A stretch of DNA of 64,000 nucleotides. Origin: Hypanus sabinus (Eukaryota). Of the stretch, positions 61,640 through 64,000 are shown one piece after another; positions within the stretch are counted from its first letter, which is position 1, and each line of letters opens with the position of its first letter. Made by a program: the position numbers and the translations under genes. Below the pieces are notes generated by a model that was given only the letters and a program-made list of their open reading frames with translations, did not search any database and was not told where the DNA came from. The stretch lies in contig NC_082731.1 in assembly GCF_030144855.1 (NCBI RefSeq), positions 9,982,001 through 10,046,000 on the forward strand, written 5' to 3'.

Positions 61640-62120
61640 CAAACTATTAGAGAGGGTTGTTACAGACAGCTTTTACGAGCTTGTAGCGAAATGTCTTTGT
61701 GTAGCTCAGGCAGTGCCTCGCGAGAGTGATTAACTCTTTAGAGGACGTGAAAATAAGAAGAATTGAAGATCGAGCAGTAGATGTGGTCAATATGCATTTA
61801 AGTAAGGCATTTGTCAAGGTTGCCCATAGTAGGCTCAATAAGACTGTCAGGATTGAGGCGATCGTGGGACAGTTGCTGCATAGATTGGAACTGGCTTGCC
61901 CACAGGAACAGAATTGTGGCAGTAAATGGAGCGCATTCCAGCTGGAGTTCCGTGAGTAGTGATAATTCGCAGGGAAATGTTCTGGTATCCCTGCTCTTTG
62001 GAGTTTTTACAAATGAAGAAGTGGAAGGGCGGTTTAGTCAGTTTGCGGATGACACGGATTGGCGGTTTTGTGGAAATCGTAGAAGGTTTTCGTATTTTGC
62101 AATTGGATATTAACAGTATC
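61640..62120 (+). mobile_element. Old CR1 RT fragment
   Basis: AVDVVNMHLSKAFVKVAH (ORF 61726-61959); SQGNVLVSLLF and SQFADDT (ORF 61811-62113). Confidence 0.7.
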
Positions 62121-63012
62121 CCTAATATCCCTAAAGTCAGTATCCCTAATATCAATATACTTTATTTGTGTGTGTTTTTCTCTGTTGTAGGTCACTCATG
62201 AGTGGCAATTTTCACAATGTTCATCTTAATCATCCACAATACGATTTTACTTGCTTCTAAACACCAGCGTACATGATTCTAAACTCCATATGTGTAATTG
62301 CAATCCTGTGAATTTTTCCTCGTGCAGCAAGTTATTCATTCCAATGAAGAAACTACTAAAGCTTCACCGTATTTTCAGTGCAAAGAAAAGGTTGTCCTTC
62401 ATTATGCAGACTAGAAATGTGCTCATTATTCAAAGAGTGTCTTCGGACGCACGTTATACTTTTCGACATCTATTTATTGTGTAATGAAGCCCAGTGCTCC
62501 ATAACACATCTTGAATACTTGCAGCCTTGTTTGGCAATATTCCTCCTTTTACGTCCGACTTCACAAAATTTCAGAACATACCAAAGAAGAATTCATTCTT
62601 TGTGTTTAACGCAAATGGTGGTTCTTCTTCATGAAAATAATATGTAAAGTTGTGAACAGTGTATTTTGGAGTATTAGTTCACTGAGGCGGGTTAAAGAAA
62701 ATATGCCCAGTCACAGACATTACACCACGCCGCACCAGGTGTCGACTTAAGTAGCGAACAGTAAAATGCATCAGTTGCTTCACATCTGCCATATGACGGA
62801 TCGGATGTTGATTGGAAACGTAAAGACGCAACGAGCCCATCGACCAATGTTTTTCCTACAAAAAAATAGCTGACAATGAATCTAAAAATTTACAAGGAAC
62901 ATATTAAAACATTTTATTTTGTTACTGTACTCTTTCGTTCCATTCGATCGGGTTGACTGCTTGCTTCTCTCAGCCGCTCACTGGATTCTCTCTTCGTGTT
63001 CTCTCATTTCAG

Positions 63013-63021
63013 GTGAAGTAG
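63013..63021 (+). CDS. IgNAR: IgNAR TM2 exon coding part (VK-stop; cytoplasmic tail KVK)
   Basis: Long pyrimidine tract ...ctctcatttcAG 63011-63012, then GTG AAG TAG in phase 0 matching the TM1 donor; AATAAA at 63369-63374 and 63405-63410. Confidence 0.88.
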   Translation: MK

Positions 63022-64000
63022 AGAATGCTGAAACAGACGCAGCTCCAGCTCTTGTCTTAATGGACTCGAAGCCAAATGATAACATCTGACTAACCGTGAT
63101 TGTCCTAATGTAGGTCTCGGCCCGTAATGTCGATAGTTATGCGGCTCCATAGATGCTGCCTGTCCTGCTGAGCTCCTCCAGCATTGATTTCCAGTATGTG
63201 CAGAATCTCTTGTGTAGATGATAACATCAGACCGCTGTATTTATAATAGCCTTAGTACTGTGAGTGTGAATTTTTAATTTTGTTTCTGTTTATCCTGTCA
63301 GTTTCATTCTGATTTCTGCTATGTCAATGACTTGTTTTGGCTGGAATTTCACAAAGCAGTTGCAAAACAATAAAATGCAATGTTTATTCCTCTGAATGAT
63401 GTAAAATAAACTGGGGTGAAATAATTGTCCAGCAGTGAAAGTTTGGAATCTACCATAAATGTGAAAGAATTAAAAGCACCTTGCAATCTGGTATTCCAAT
63501 TTTGTGCTCGAGCAAAACTAGCAGTTTAGTTTGTCCTTATGAGCGGCGCCTTCCCCTGCTATCCATATTCATTGACAAAGAAAACTTAGGAGTTGTTTCG
63601 AATTGACTCTTCGTAACTTCTCTGTTGTCTGCTTTTCAAAATAACGTTTATACTCAAGGCTCCACACTGAGAAAAGGCTATGGATTAAGCAAACTATAAT
63701 TCCCTGTGTGCAGCAGTTTATTCAGTTACCTTCCTTTATAAAAGAAACATCAGGTTGGAGGGTGCCACGTGCTAATATTATACTGAAATTGTAGGAATAA
63801 CAAAACTTAAAGGAAATCTATTGAATTTTGGATGTAATTGCATTGTTCCGTTTAAGTGATTCTCTCAGACTGGAATTCTAAAAAGGAATATACTGATTAC
63901 TGCTTCTGTTTATGCTTATTGATATTTTGCCAAGAGAGTAGGTATTCCGTACGCTGTGTGCTGTAGTTCGGAATGATTTCCAAAGCTTTTCTGACATTAA

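Overview
Elasmobranch (cartilaginous fish) genomic DNA; the species cannot be fixed from the sequence alone. The right half (32.2-63.4 kb, + strand) holds one germline IgNAR (heavy-chain-only antibody) cluster. It has an octamer/TATA promoter, a split leader, a type II-like VNAR exon, three D segments and one J with 12/23-compatible RSSs, constant exons, a secretory tail, and TM1 and TM2 exons. Only three intact constant exons are present, and they match nurse-shark IgNAR C2, C4 and C5. C1 survives only as a candidate decayed pseudo-exon and no credible C3 was found; in nurse shark these two are the dimerising domains. The usual membrane-form splice donor inside C5 reads GGA rather than GGT, the secretory tail lacks its penultimate Cys, and C2 has an extra Cys. 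All retained exons are open with canonical splice sites, so this looks like a structurally remodelled IgNAR isotype rather than a dead gene. The rest is transposon-rich: CR1, Rex1/Babar, L1, RTE, I/Nimb, Penelope, V-SINE-type SINEs and a solo LTR. There is also a degraded ERV-L-like (class III) retrovirus at about 9.6-12 kb and a 3.5-4.6 kb tandem duplication at 22.0-30.2 kb. All homology calls are motif comparisons made by eye against remembered reference sequences; no database search was run, and TE boundaries are approximate.
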